A stretch of 58,613 nucleotides of DNA, from positions 1 through 58,613 of the forward strand of contig JAAZCX010000032.1 of NCBI GenBank assembly GCA_012513065.1. The letters are read 5' to 3'. Positions 9,600 to 18,771 of this stretch are shown piece after piece. The translations under genes were made by a program, and so were the position numbers. The notes under the pieces were generated by a model. It worked only from the letters and a program-made list of their open reading frames with translations, was not told where the DNA came from and did not search any database. The stretch comes from Clostridiaceae bacterium (GTDB lineage: Bacteria > Bacillota > Clostridia > TANB77 > CAG-508). Numbering within the stretch: the stretch's first letter is position 1; the number at the start of each line of letters is the position of its first letter.

Positions 9600-10862
9600 A
9601 TGAGAGAAGAAATAATAGATATAAAAGAAGGAATTAAATTCCACAAAATACAAACAAATAAATTTAAAACTAATTTATTTGCTATATTTTTAAATACTCC
9701 AATAAGCAAAGAAAACGTAACAAAAAATGCTTTATTAACATCAGTATTAAGAAGAGGGACCAAAGAGTTGCCATCACAAGAGCTTATTAGTAAAACATTA
9801 GAAAACATGTATGGAGCAGGATTTGACTGTGGAATAGAAAAATCAGGAGATTATCATACTATTAAATTCTATTTGGAAGTAATAAATGATGAGTTTTTGC
9901 CTAAAAAAGAGGATTTGAGTAAAAAGGCATTAGAGTTATTACTTTCTATCGTATTTGATCCATTTGAAGAAAATGAAACATTTAAAGAAGAATATTTAGA
10001 ACAAGAAAAAGAAAATTTAAAACAAATAATAGAAGGAAAAATAGATAACAAATCAACTTATGCATTTGAAAGATGTATCGAGGAAATGTATAAAGGAAAA
10101 CCATATGGATTATATAAATATGGATATATAGAAGATTTAGAAAAGATAACTTCAAAAGAATTATATAAATATTATTTAGAATTAATTCAAAATTGTAAAA
10201 TTGATATATTTGCATCAGGAGAATTAGATGAAAAAATTACAAATTTTATAAAAAATGATAAAAATATTAATAAATTAGAAGCAAGAAAATTTGATTATGA
10301 TATAGAAGATAAAAAGGAAGAAGTTAAAGAACCTAAAATAATTAATGATAGCTTAGAAGTAACACAAGGAAAATTAGTTATAGGGTTAGATGTCTTATCA
10401 GATGAAGAAAATGTAAGCTATATTACTATGGTTTATAATACAATATTAGGAGTAGGAGCTAACTCGAAGTTATTTCAAAATGTTAGAGAAAAGGCAAGTT
10501 TAGCATATACTTGTGGTTCTAATTATATGAAAAGAAAAAAAATAATTTTAATTAGAGCAGGAATTGAAATTGAAAATTATGAAAAAGCAATGGAAATCAT
10601 AAAAGAGCAATTGGAAAATATAAAAAATGGAAAATTTACTGATGAAGAAATAAAAAACGCTAAAAATTTAATTTTTGCAAATATAAATAATATTGAAGAA
10701 GAACAAGATACAGAAATTACTTATTACTTAGGACAAGAATTAGCAAAATGCAATATAACAATAGATGAGTATAGACAAAAAATAGAACAAGTAAGTAAAG
10801 AAGAAATATTAAAAATTGCAAACAGCATAAAAATTAATACAATTTATTTTTTAAAAGATTAA
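9600..10862 (+). CDS. ymfF: M16 family peptidase, non-catalytic subunit (YmfF-like)
   Basis: TNKFKT..LRRGT..SKLFQNVREKASLAY; lacks HxxEH; paired with an active M16 gene. Confidence 0.85.
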   Translation: MREEIIDIKEGIKFHKIQTNKFKTNLFAIFLNTPISKENVTKNALLTSVLRRGTKELPSQELISKTLENMYGAGFDCGIEKSGDYHTIKFYLEVINDEFLPKKEDLSKKALELLLSIVFDPFEENETFKEEYLEQEKENLKQIIEGKIDNKSTYAFERCIEEMYKGKPYGLYKYGYIEDLEKITSKELYKYYLELIQNCKIDIFASGELDEKITNFIKNDKNINKLEARKFDYDIEDKKEEVKEPKIINDSLEVTQGKLVIGLDVLSDEENVSYITMVYNTILGVGANSKLFQNVREKASLAYTCGSNYMKRKKIILIRAGIEIENYEKAMEIIKEQLENIKNGKFTDEEIKNAKNLIFANINNIEEEQDTEITYYLGQELAKCNITIDEYRQKIEQVSKEEILKIANSIKINTIYFLKD

Positions 10863-10881
10863 ATTTTAGACAGGGGGAAAA

Positions 10882-12150
10882 ATGAAAATTATAGAAAGCC
10901 TAAAAATAAAGGAAAAAGTATATATAGAAAAATTAGAAAATGGATTAACTGTTATGATAATTCCAAAAGAAACAACAAATAAAAAATATGCAATATGGGG
11001 TACACACTTTGGATCTAACAATAATCATTTTATAATGCCAAACACTAATGAAGAAGTATATTTGCCAGATGGTGTGGCACATTTTTTAGAACATAAAATG
11101 TTTGAACAAAAAAATGGAAAAAATAGCTTAGATACATTAATGGCATTAGGAGTAGATGCAAATGCTTACACAACAAACAATCACACAGCATATCTTTTCG
11201 AAAGTACTGAACATTTTGAAGAAGCTTTTTCTGAACTTATGGATTATGTTCAAAATCCATATTTTACAGATGAAAATGTAGAGAAAGAAAAAGGAATAAT
11301 AGGTCAAGAAATAGGAATGTATGATGATGACCCAGGATGGAAATTATATATGAATGCATTGGACTGTCTTTACAAAAATAATGCAATCAAAATAGACATA
11401 GCAGGAACAGTAGAATCAATTTCAAAAATAGACAAAGATGTTTTATATAAATCTTATAATGTATTTTATCATCCTACAAATATGGTGATGGTATTATGTG
11501 GAAATTTTAATCCAAAAGAGATGATTGAAAATATTAAGAGCAAATTAATAGATAAACCTAAACAAGGTGAAATAAAAAAAATACATCCAGAACAAAATTT
11601 AGATATAAATAAAAAATATAAAGAAGAAAATATGGAAGTAAGTAAACCTGTATTTATGATTGGATTTAAAGATATAATAGAAACAGAAAATATTATTCAA
11701 AGACATATTGCAATAGAAATATTAATGAACATGTTAATAGGAAAAAGTTCTCCATTATATCAAAAATTATATAAAGAAGGAATTTTACTAGCACAACCAG
11801 ATTTAGACTATGAATTCGGAGATGATTATGCACATGTTCTAATAGGAGGACAATCTAAAGATCCAGAAAAAGTAAAAGAAGAATTGTTAGAAGAAATAGA
11901 AAAACAAAAACAAAATATTGACGAAGAACATTTTAATAGAATTAAGAAAAAAGTATATGGAGATTATGTTGTTGAATATAATGATATATCTGATATTTCA
12001 AGAATGTTATTATCTGATTATTTTAAAGGAATTAATTCATTCGATTATATAGAACAATTTCAAACAGTAACATTAGAATATACAAAGCAAATATTACAAG
12101 AAGTTTTTGACGAAAAAAAATGTATTATGTCAGTAGTAAAAACAAAATAA
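10882..12150 (+). CDS. ymfH: M16 family zinc peptidase (YmfH-like)
   Basis: DGVAHFLEHKMF inverted zinc motif, NAYT, EKEKGIIGQEI. Confidence 0.9.
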   Translation: MKIIESLKIKEKVYIEKLENGLTVMIIPKETTNKKYAIWGTHFGSNNNHFIMPNTNEEVYLPDGVAHFLEHKMFEQKNGKNSLDTLMALGVDANAYTTNNHTAYLFESTEHFEEAFSELMDYVQNPYFTDENVEKEKGIIGQEIGMYDDDPGWKLYMNALDCLYKNNAIKIDIAGTVESISKIDKDVLYKSYNVFYHPTNMVMVLCGNFNPKEMIENIKSKLIDKPKQGEIKKIHPEQNLDINKKYKEENMEVSKPVFMIGFKDIIETENIIQRHIAIEILMNMLIGKSSPLYQKLYKEGILLAQPDLDYEFGDDYAHVLIGGQSKDPEKVKEELLEEIEKQKQNIDEEHFNRIKKKVYGDYVVEYNDISDISRMLLSDYFKGINSFDYIEQFQTVTLEYTKQILQEVFDEKKCIMSVVKTK

Positions 12151-12157
12151 AAAAATA

Positions 12158-12164
12158 TGTCGAA
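12158..12164 (+). promoter_or_regulatory. Spo0A (0A) box
   Basis: TGTCGAA; a second TGACGAA at 12108-12114; both upstream of the spo0E-like gene. Confidence 0.5.
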
Positions 12165-12308
12165 AAAGGTAAAAAAATGAAAAAAACAGACGAACGAAAA
12201 ATTAAAAAAATGCCAATTTATGGCGTTTTTTTATTGACTAAAATGTAAAAATATGGTAGTTTATATTTAATACAAAAGAAAAAGAGATAATAAAAGGAGA
12301 GTGGTTAT

Positions 12309-12488
12309 ATGTTAAATGATGAAATATGTAAATTAAGAGAGAAACTAAACGAAAGTATTATCAAAGGTCAAGATTACATGATAACATATAAGCTTAGTAT
12401 AGAATTAGATGAGTTGATAGCAGAGTACTACAGAAAAAATGGAAAGTCGAAAAAAACAAAAGAGAAAAGTTATGCACTTGCAAAATAA
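12309..12488 (+). CDS. Spo0E-family aspartyl-phosphate phosphatase, 59 aa
   Basis: Missed by the ORF track. MLNDEICKLREKLNESIIKGQDYMITYKLSIELDELIAEYYRKN.. carries the SxELD-LI signature; RBS AAGGAG. Confidence 0.85.
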   Translation: MLNDEICKLREKLNESIIKGQDYMITYKLSIELDELIAEYYRKNGKSKKTKEKSYALAK

Positions 12489-12496
12489 TCTAAAAG

Positions 12497-12529
12497 AAAA
12501 TATACAAGAATCACTTGTATATTTTTTTT
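12497..12529 (+). terminator. Probable terminator after the spo0E-like gene
   Basis: AAAATATACAAG-aatca-CTTGTATATTTT plus a T tract. Confidence 0.65.
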
Positions 12530-12571
12530 ATTTATATTATTATAAAAAAAACAACCAAAAAAGGTAATGAT

Positions 12572-14068
12572 ATGAAAAAAATTATAGAATTTATAAGAAA
12601 ACATGATAATATATTTATGTTTATAATATTATTTTTAATTACATCTTCATATGTATTTTGTATAAAATTAGAAGCTAATGACCAATTATGGAATTTCTCA
12701 AATATATATAAAATGACAAATGGATATACAATATATAAAGATTTAAATGTTATTATTACACCACTTTATTTTTTTATTGGTAAGATAGCATTTAGCTTAT
12801 TTGAGTCCAATTATTTAGTATATTCTATATATCAAAACTTTATTATTTATTTATTATTATTTTTTTCAATATATCAATTGATGAAAAAAATGAAAATAAG
12901 AAAAATCAATTCAGCATTATATACAATGATAATTAGTGTAATTATGATAACAATTATGCCTGAGGCTAGTTATAATATACTTGCAATTTTATTTTCAATT
13001 ATTGGAATTATACATTTATTATCAAGTAAAAATAGATACATAGATAATATGATACAAGGAGTAATTTATTTCCTTATATTTATGACTAAGCAAAACACAG
13101 GAGTTTTGTATATATTAGGAAGTATATTAGCACAAATATTAATTCAAAAAGATAAAAAAATATCAATAAAAAATATATCACAGCAATTAATAGCGTGTTG
13201 GATAATGATATTAGGATATCTAGTATATTTAAAATATAACAACAATTTATATAATTTTATAAATTATTGTTTCTTAGGTATAAAAGAATTCTCACAAGAA
13301 AACTTAGTTGTAAAACCTAAAAATGTAATTTTTATATTAATGGCATCTATAGTTAGTATTGTTTCTATAATAGCAACTTATAAAAAGAGAATACCATTAG
13401 AACAAATACAGAGAAAAAATATTAAAATATTAGGATCTATTTCATGTTTTATGCTAGCAATTTCATATCCTTTGTTAAATGATGCACATACATTAATAGC
13501 AAGTGTTACTTTTATGATATTATTTAGCTATATGCTAGATATTATGATATTAAGAGAACTTTTAAATGGTAAAAAAGTAGAAATTGCAAAAAAAGTAATT
13601 ATATTAATATTAGGAATAATATTTGTAATAATCAATTTGTGCAATAATCTAACATATTTTATTGAAATAATGGATGAGGATTATTATTTTAGTAATGATA
13701 GCCCATATTATGGAGCAATTGCAAAAAAAGAATTAGTAAAAGAAATAAATGAAATTACAAAATATATAGAAAAAGAAAATCAAAATAGAACAGATGTCAA
13801 AATTATATCATGTTATTCAAATTTATATATGAATGTATTAAATAAAAACAATGGAGATATGGATCTTCCATTTAGCGGAAATATGGGACAAAATGGAGTA
13901 AATGGAATGATAGCTAAAATTAATAATTTGAAGAATACAAAAATATTAATTTTATCTAACGAAAAAGATAGACATTATCAAGAATCAAAAAGAATTTTTA
14001 AATATATAGAAGAAAATTTTGAAAAAGAAGGAAAAATTGGTAAATTTTCAATATATAGGGTAAAATAA
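12572..14068 (+). CDS. Multi-pass membrane protein, probable GT-C fold glycosyltransferase
   Basis: Start more likely the ATG at 12572 (AAGGT upstream). DQLWNF..GYTIYKDLNVIITPL loop and TKQNTG motif resemble PMT/ArnT-like GT-C proteins; many TMs. Confidence 0.65.
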   Translation: MKKIIEFIRKHDNIFMFIILFLITSSYVFCIKLEANDQLWNFSNIYKMTNGYTIYKDLNVIITPLYFFIGKIAFSLFESNYLVYSIYQNFIIYLLLFFSIYQLMKKMKIRKINSALYTMIISVIMITIMPEASYNILAILFSIIGIIHLLSSKNRYIDNMIQGVIYFLIFMTKQNTGVLYILGSILAQILIQKDKKISIKNISQQLIACWIMILGYLVYLKYNNNLYNFINYCFLGIKEFSQENLVVKPKNVIFILMASIVSIVSIIATYKKRIPLEQIQRKNIKILGSISCFMLAISYPLLNDAHTLIASVTFMILFSYMLDIMILRELLNGKKVEIAKKVIILILGIIFVIINLCNNLTYFIEIMDEDYYFSNDSPYYGAIAKKELVKEINEITKYIEKENQNRTDVKIISCYSNLYMNVLNKNNGDMDLPFSGNMGQNGVNGMIAKINNLKNTKILILSNEKDRHYQESKRIFKYIEENFEKEGKIGKFSIYRVK

Positions 14069-14070
14069 AG

Positions 14071-14099
14071 TTGAAAAACAGATAAAAGTAAGTTATAAT
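14071..14099 (+). promoter_or_regulatory. Sigma-A promoter of the pilin array
   Basis: TTGAAA-17-TATAAT. Confidence 0.65.
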
Positions 14100-14128
14100 A
14101 AAAGTATAAAGTAATAAATAAGAAAAAA

Positions 14129-14385
14129 ATGAAAACAAAAAAATAGTAATTGTATTATTAACAATTATAATAATACTTACAAATTGTTCAGTTGTATTAG
14201 CCAATATTAACCCAGATGATTATAGATCAGTTATTAGAAGTGATGATGCAGGAGATGCTATAGGGCTTGCTCAAAAAATAATAGGAGTAATCAATGTTGT
14301 AGGAACAATTTTATTATTTGGTAAATCATGGATAATAAAATTAATATATGATATTATACCAAATACAGTTTCAGAAATTTTGTAA
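14129..14385 (+). pseudogene. Degenerate copy of the pilin gene at 14965
   Basis: Near-identical DNA to 14965-15330, with a frameshift in the A-run after the ATG and a 108-bp in-frame deletion of the core (VVGTI/LLFG). Confidence 0.85.
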
Positions 14386-14398
14386 AAGAGGTAAATAA

Positions 14399-14935
14399 AT
14401 GAAGAAAAAAACATTAATAATTATTTTTTGTATTATATGTATTTTTTTATCTATGACGAATAATGTATATGCAGTGCATGGATCAGGTGGTGGAAGTCAT
14501 AATGAAACATCTACTGAACCTACAAATCATACATTAGGAGAAATCATATCAGATGCAAATGGATTTATTGCAAAAGGAGAAAGTCAAGAGGAAAATTTAT
14601 CTCAAGAAAGTTTACAAAAATTATCTGATACGGTTTATAATATAACATTTACAGTAGGTATTATATTAGCTTTTGTTATTGGAGGAATATTAGGAATCAA
14701 ATTTATAACATCAGGAATAGAAGGAAAAGCTGAAGTAAAAGCAATGTTACTTCCATATGTAATTGGATGTGTAATATTATTTGGATCATTCACAATATGG
14801 AAAGTAGTAGTAACAATAGTTTCAGATACCACAAAAAGCTCTACTGTATATGAAGAAACTGAACAAACAGGAGGATCTACAACACATCAAAGTTCGTCAG
14901 GAGCGACACATGGAGGTTCTTCAGGAACATTTTAA
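14399..14935 (+). CDS. VirB2/TrbC-like T4SS pilin with a Gly/Ser/His-rich tail
   Basis: Signal peptide (..VYA), then two hydrophobic helices around GIKFITSGIEGKAEVKAMLLPYVIGCVILFG. Confidence 0.8.
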   Translation: MKKKTLIIIFCIICIFLSMTNNVYAVHGSGGGSHNETSTEPTNHTLGEIISDANGFIAKGESQEENLSQESLQKLSDTVYNITFTVGIILAFVIGGILGIKFITSGIEGKAEVKAMLLPYVIGCVILFGSFTIWKVVVTIVSDTTKSSTVYEETEQTGGSTTHQSSSGATHGGSSGTF

Positions 14936-14964
14936 CAAATATAAACATATAAAAAGGAGAAAAA

Positions 14965-15330
14965 ATGAAAAGAAAAAAAACCATAATTTTACTATTAACA
15001 ATTATAATAATACTGGCAAATTGCTCAGTTGTATTAGCAGATATTAACCCGGATGATTATAGACCAGTTATTAGAAGTGATGATGCAGGAGATGCTATAG
15101 GGCTTGCTCAAAAAATAATAGGAGTAATCAATGTTGTAGGAACAATTATATTAGTTATAACAGTAATAGTACTTGGAATAAAATATATGCTAGGAAGTGT
15201 AGAACAAAGAGCAGATTATAAAAAAACAATGGTACCAGTTTTAGTAGGCGCAATATTATTATTTGGAACATCATGGATAATAAAATTAATATATGATATT
15301 ATACCAAATACAGTTTCAGCAATTTCATAA
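14965..15330 (+). CDS. VirB2/TrbC-like T4SS pilin
   Basis: Signal peptide (..VLA), GIKYMLGSVEQRADYKKTMVPVLVGAILLFG pilin core. Confidence 0.85.
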   Translation: MKRKKTIILLLTIIIILANCSVVLADINPDDYRPVIRSDDAGDAIGLAQKIIGVINVVGTIILVITVIVLGIKYMLGSVEQRADYKKTMVPVLVGAILLFGTSWIIKLIYDIIPNTVSAIS

Positions 15331-15343
15331 AAGAGGTGAATAA

Positions 15344-16483
15344 ATGAAAAAAAGAATATTTATAGTAATAATAATATTTATATTAATTATATGTACAACA
15401 ATAGTAGAAGCAAGAGAAGAAGTTCCTAATTCTGATGGGCAATTATATACAGAATTAAATTGGGATAATTATAAAAATCAACCAGCAAGTTATTGGATAG
15501 ATTTATATAATAGAATACATGAGCAACCAGTAGTTTATATGAGTGATTATGAATTATTTTTATTAGGATATGTACATCATGAAGAAATAAATGAAATTAT
15601 TTATGCAGCATATAATGATACAGCAAGTTGTATAAATTTTGATGTTACATATAATGAAATTTCTAATGGAATAGCATATGATGATATTACTATTGAAGTT
15701 CAAAATAGAAATGTAGATTTATTAGGAGATACTACTGGAAAAACAAATGAGCAAATATTTGAAGAAAAAACTCCATATGAATGGGCTATGATACTAACCG
15801 GTATCCAACAAAAAGCAGTAGATATACATACAGGGGATACATATAATAGCTTTACAGAATCAGAATTAAAAATCATGAAAATGATGGAAGAATTACAAGC
15901 TAATGGATATGATTTTCCGGAATTAACAACGGAACAAAAAGAAGCAATAAAAGATTATGGATTGGGCATATGGAGTGGAAATAATTTTTCTTTTGATACA
16001 TATGCACCTGTTATAGCTGATAATGTAGAAACATCACAAGAAATACAAAATCCTCAAGTTAATAGGGAAGTTAATACACATACATTAGGGGAAATTTTCT
16101 CAGATGCAAATGGATTTATTGAAAAAGGAAATTCTAAAGAAGAAAATTTATCTCAAGAAAGCTTACAAAAATTATCTGATACGGTTTATAATATAACATT
16201 TACAGTAGGCGTTATATTAACATTTATTATTGGAGGAATATTAGGAATTAAGTTTATTATATCAGGGGTAGAAGGAAAAGCAGAAATAAAAGCAATGCTA
16301 CTTCCATATGTAATAGGTTGTGTAATATTATTTGGATCATTTACAATTTGGAAAGTTGTATTAACAATAACATCAGAAACTACAAAGAGTTCAACTGTAT
16401 ATGAAGAAAAGCCATCAGGAGGTTCTACGACACATCAAAGCTCATCAGGAGCAACACATGGAGGTTCTTCTGGAAAATTTTAA
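15344..16483 (+). CDS. VirB2/TrbC-like pilin with a ~220-aa N-terminal extra domain (candidate tip/minor pilin)
   Basis: C-terminal ~135 aa nearly identical to the 14399 product from HTLGEI onward; unique acidic N-terminal domain after the signal peptide. Confidence 0.75.
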   Translation: MKKRIFIVIIIFILIICTTIVEAREEVPNSDGQLYTELNWDNYKNQPASYWIDLYNRIHEQPVVYMSDYELFLLGYVHHEEINEIIYAAYNDTASCINFDVTYNEISNGIAYDDITIEVQNRNVDLLGDTTGKTNEQIFEEKTPYEWAMILTGIQQKAVDIHTGDTYNSFTESELKIMKMMEELQANGYDFPELTTEQKEAIKDYGLGIWSGNNFSFDTYAPVIADNVETSQEIQNPQVNREVNTHTLGEIFSDANGFIEKGNSKEENLSQESLQKLSDTVYNITFTVGVILTFIIGGILGIKFIISGVEGKAEIKAMLLPYVIGCVILFGSFTIWKVVLTITSETTKSSTVYEEKPSGGSTTHQSSSGATHGGSSGKF

Positions 16484-16635
16484 TAAATAAAATTTAAAGA
16501 AATAGAGTTTTGAAAGAGTAGAAAAAATCATAAAATTATTATTAACAAAATAATATTTAGGGTAATTATAATGAGAAAAGTAATATTAATAATATTACAA
16601 AATTAGTTTAAAATAAAAAAAAATAGAAAAAACTA

Positions 16636-16664
16636 TTGAAAATTATTGGAAAATCATTTATAAT
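16636..16664 (+). promoter_or_regulatory. Sigma-A promoter of the putative major pilin
   Basis: TTGAAA-17-TATAAT with an A-rich upstream region; RBS AGGAGG follows. Confidence 0.7.
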
Positions 16665-16695
16665 ATAAAGTATAGAACAAAGAGGAGGAATTAAA

Positions 16696-17064
16696 ATGAA
16701 GAAACAAGTGAAAATAATAACAACAGTTTTAATGGTATTAGCAATAATATGTACATTAACAAACATGGTATGTGCATCACAAGTTATAACAAGTTTACAA
16801 GGAGATCAAACATCAAAAGTTAGTTCTCAACAACTTACAAATTTAGGTGGAAAAATCATAGGAATTTTACAAGTAGTAGGAATTGTAATTGCAGTTGTTG
16901 TATTATTAGTATTAGGTATTAAATACATGATCGGTAGTGCAGAAGAAAAAGCTGAATACAAAAAAACAATGATCCCATATTTAGTAGGTGCTTTATTAAT
17001 ATTTGCAGCAAGCTCAATAGTAAGTGTTGTATACAACATGTTCTCAAATATTAATGTTGCTTAA
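16696..17064 (+). CDS. VirB2/TrbC-like T4SS pilin (probable major subunit)
   Basis: GIKYMIGSAEEKAEYKKTMIPYLVGALLIFAA core; own promoter, perfect RBS and a downstream hairpin (17111-17137). Confidence 0.85.
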   Translation: MKKQVKIITTVLMVLAIICTLTNMVCASQVITSLQGDQTSKVSSQQLTNLGGKIIGILQVVGIVIAVVVLLVLGIKYMIGSAEEKAEYKKTMIPYLVGALLIFAASSIVSVVYNMFSNINVA

Positions 17065-17225
17065 TTGTAAAGTGTTACAAAAAAATGACGATTATATTAC
17101 AAATATATTAAAAATGCATGAAAATGCATTTTTTTTTGTGTTTTTGTTACATTTTGTAAGACTTTCTGCTATAATATATATCAGTATAATTAGATATTTA
17201 TGCAAATAAGAAAGGAGCCTATTAT

Positions 17226-17573
17226 ATGGGAACTTATAATATACCTAGAAATGTAAAAGGAGAAGGAAGAATATTATTTATATTCTCTACTAAAAGCTTA
17301 ATATATTCAGCTATAGGAGCAGGAATAGGATTACCTTTATACTTTATATTATCAGCTTTTGAACTTAATGTAGTAGGTATTATTATAATGTTATTATTTG
17401 CATTAATTGGATTTGGAATAGGAACATTTAAATTTCCAGAGTTTGCAGGACTTAAGTTCACAAAAACTATTGGAGGAGAAAATGTTGATGATATAATAAA
17501 AAGAGCAATTAATTTCAATAAAAAAGGAAAAAAGATTTATATTTATACTAAGGAGGAAGAAAAAAATGGATAA
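17226..17573 (+). CDS. PrgI/VirB3-like membrane protein
   Basis: YNIPRNVKGEGRILFIFS N-terminus plus two TMs, located before virB4; extended -10 TGcTATAAT at 17167-17175. Confidence 0.8.
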   Translation: MGTYNIPRNVKGEGRILFIFSTKSLIYSAIGAGIGLPLYFILSAFELNVVGIIIMLLFALIGFGIGTFKFPEFAGLKFTKTIGGENVDDIIKRAINFNKKGKKIYIYTKEEEKNG

Positions 17574-18771
17574 TATAAAATTACTAACGATTATTCTAGC
17601 AGTTGTACTTGGAATAATGGTAATGCTATTAATTATATTAGCACTTGTATATTTGTCTTCAAAGATGAAAAAAAATGAAGTACAACAATCTAAAAGTGTA
17701 AGTCCAGTAAAAAGCGGAACTAAAAAATATAAAGAATATAGAACAGAATCTATTATGAATTTTTTAGAATTTGATACCATAATTGATAATATGATTTCAC
17801 AAAAAAATGGAATGCGTTATATTATGGTTGTTGAATGCCAAGGTATAAATTATGATTTAATGTCAGAAGTAGAAAAAAATTCAGTTGAAGAAGGATTTAT
17901 TCAATTTCTAAATTCACTTCGTCATCCTATACAAATTTATACACAGACTAGAACAATAAATTTAAATAGCAGTATAGAAACATACAGAGAAAAAATAAAA
18001 GAAGTACAGCTTGAATTTGAAAAACAACAAATGCAATATAATGAAATGTTACGTTCTGGAAGATATTCAGATGAACAATTAAAAAAAGCACAATTTGAAT
18101 TAGTAAAACATAAAAATTTGTATGAATATGGAAAAGATATTATTTTCAATACAGAAAAAATGAGTATGAATAAAAATGTTTTAAATAAAAAATACTATGT
18201 AATTATTCCATATGTTGTAGAAGAATTAGGAGAAAACAAATATGACAAAATAGAACAAAGAAATTTTGCTTTTTCTGAATTATATACAAGAGCTCAATCT
18301 GTTGTAAGAACTTTAGGAGTTTGTGGAATAAATTCAAAAATAATGACTTCGAACGAATTAGTAGAACTTTTATATATGGCATATAACAGAGATGAAGCAG
18401 AAGTATACGGATTGGAAAAAGCATTAAAAGCAGGATATGATGAATTATATTCAACAGCACCAGATGTAATAGATAAACAAATAAAAGCTTTAGATAGAGA
18501 AATTGAACAAGCAGCTTTAGAAGAAGCAAAAGCAAAAGTTGTAGAAGTAAAAACAGAAAAACAAAAAGCATTGGAAGAAAAGAGAGAAAATAAAGAAGAT
18601 TTAATAGATGAACTTGCAAGGTTAATTATTGAAGAGAATGAAAATATAATAGGTAAAGATGTAGCTAAAGAAGCAGTTACTAAAATAAACAAAAAGAAAA
18701 ATAGTGAAGAAGGAGGAACAAAAGATAATGTTCAAAAAGCAAAAAGAATTAGAAAATCAAAGACAGCTTAA
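17566..18771 (+). CDS. T4SS-associated protein (PrgI-C/TrsD-like), N-terminal TM and coiled coil
   Basis: GINYDLMSEVEK..FIQFLNSLRHPIQIYTQTR motif typical of the gene preceding virB4 in Gram-positive-type T4SS; overlaps both neighbours. Confidence 0.65.
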   Translation: MDNIKLLTIILAVVLGIMVMLLIILALVYLSSKMKKNEVQQSKSVSPVKSGTKKYKEYRTESIMNFLEFDTIIDNMISQKNGMRYIMVVECQGINYDLMSEVEKNSVEEGFIQFLNSLRHPIQIYTQTRTINLNSSIETYREKIKEVQLEFEKQQMQYNEMLRSGRYSDEQLKKAQFELVKHKNLYEYGKDIIFNTEKMSMNKNVLNKKYYVIIPYVVEELGENKYDKIEQRNFAFSELYTRAQSVVRTLGVCGINSKIMTSNELVELLYMAYNRDEAEVYGLEKALKAGYDELYSTAPDVIDKQIKALDREIEQAALEEAKAKVVEVKTEKQKALEEKRENKEDLIDELARLIIEENENIIGKDVAKEAVTKINKKKNSEEGGTKDNVQKAKRIRKSKTA

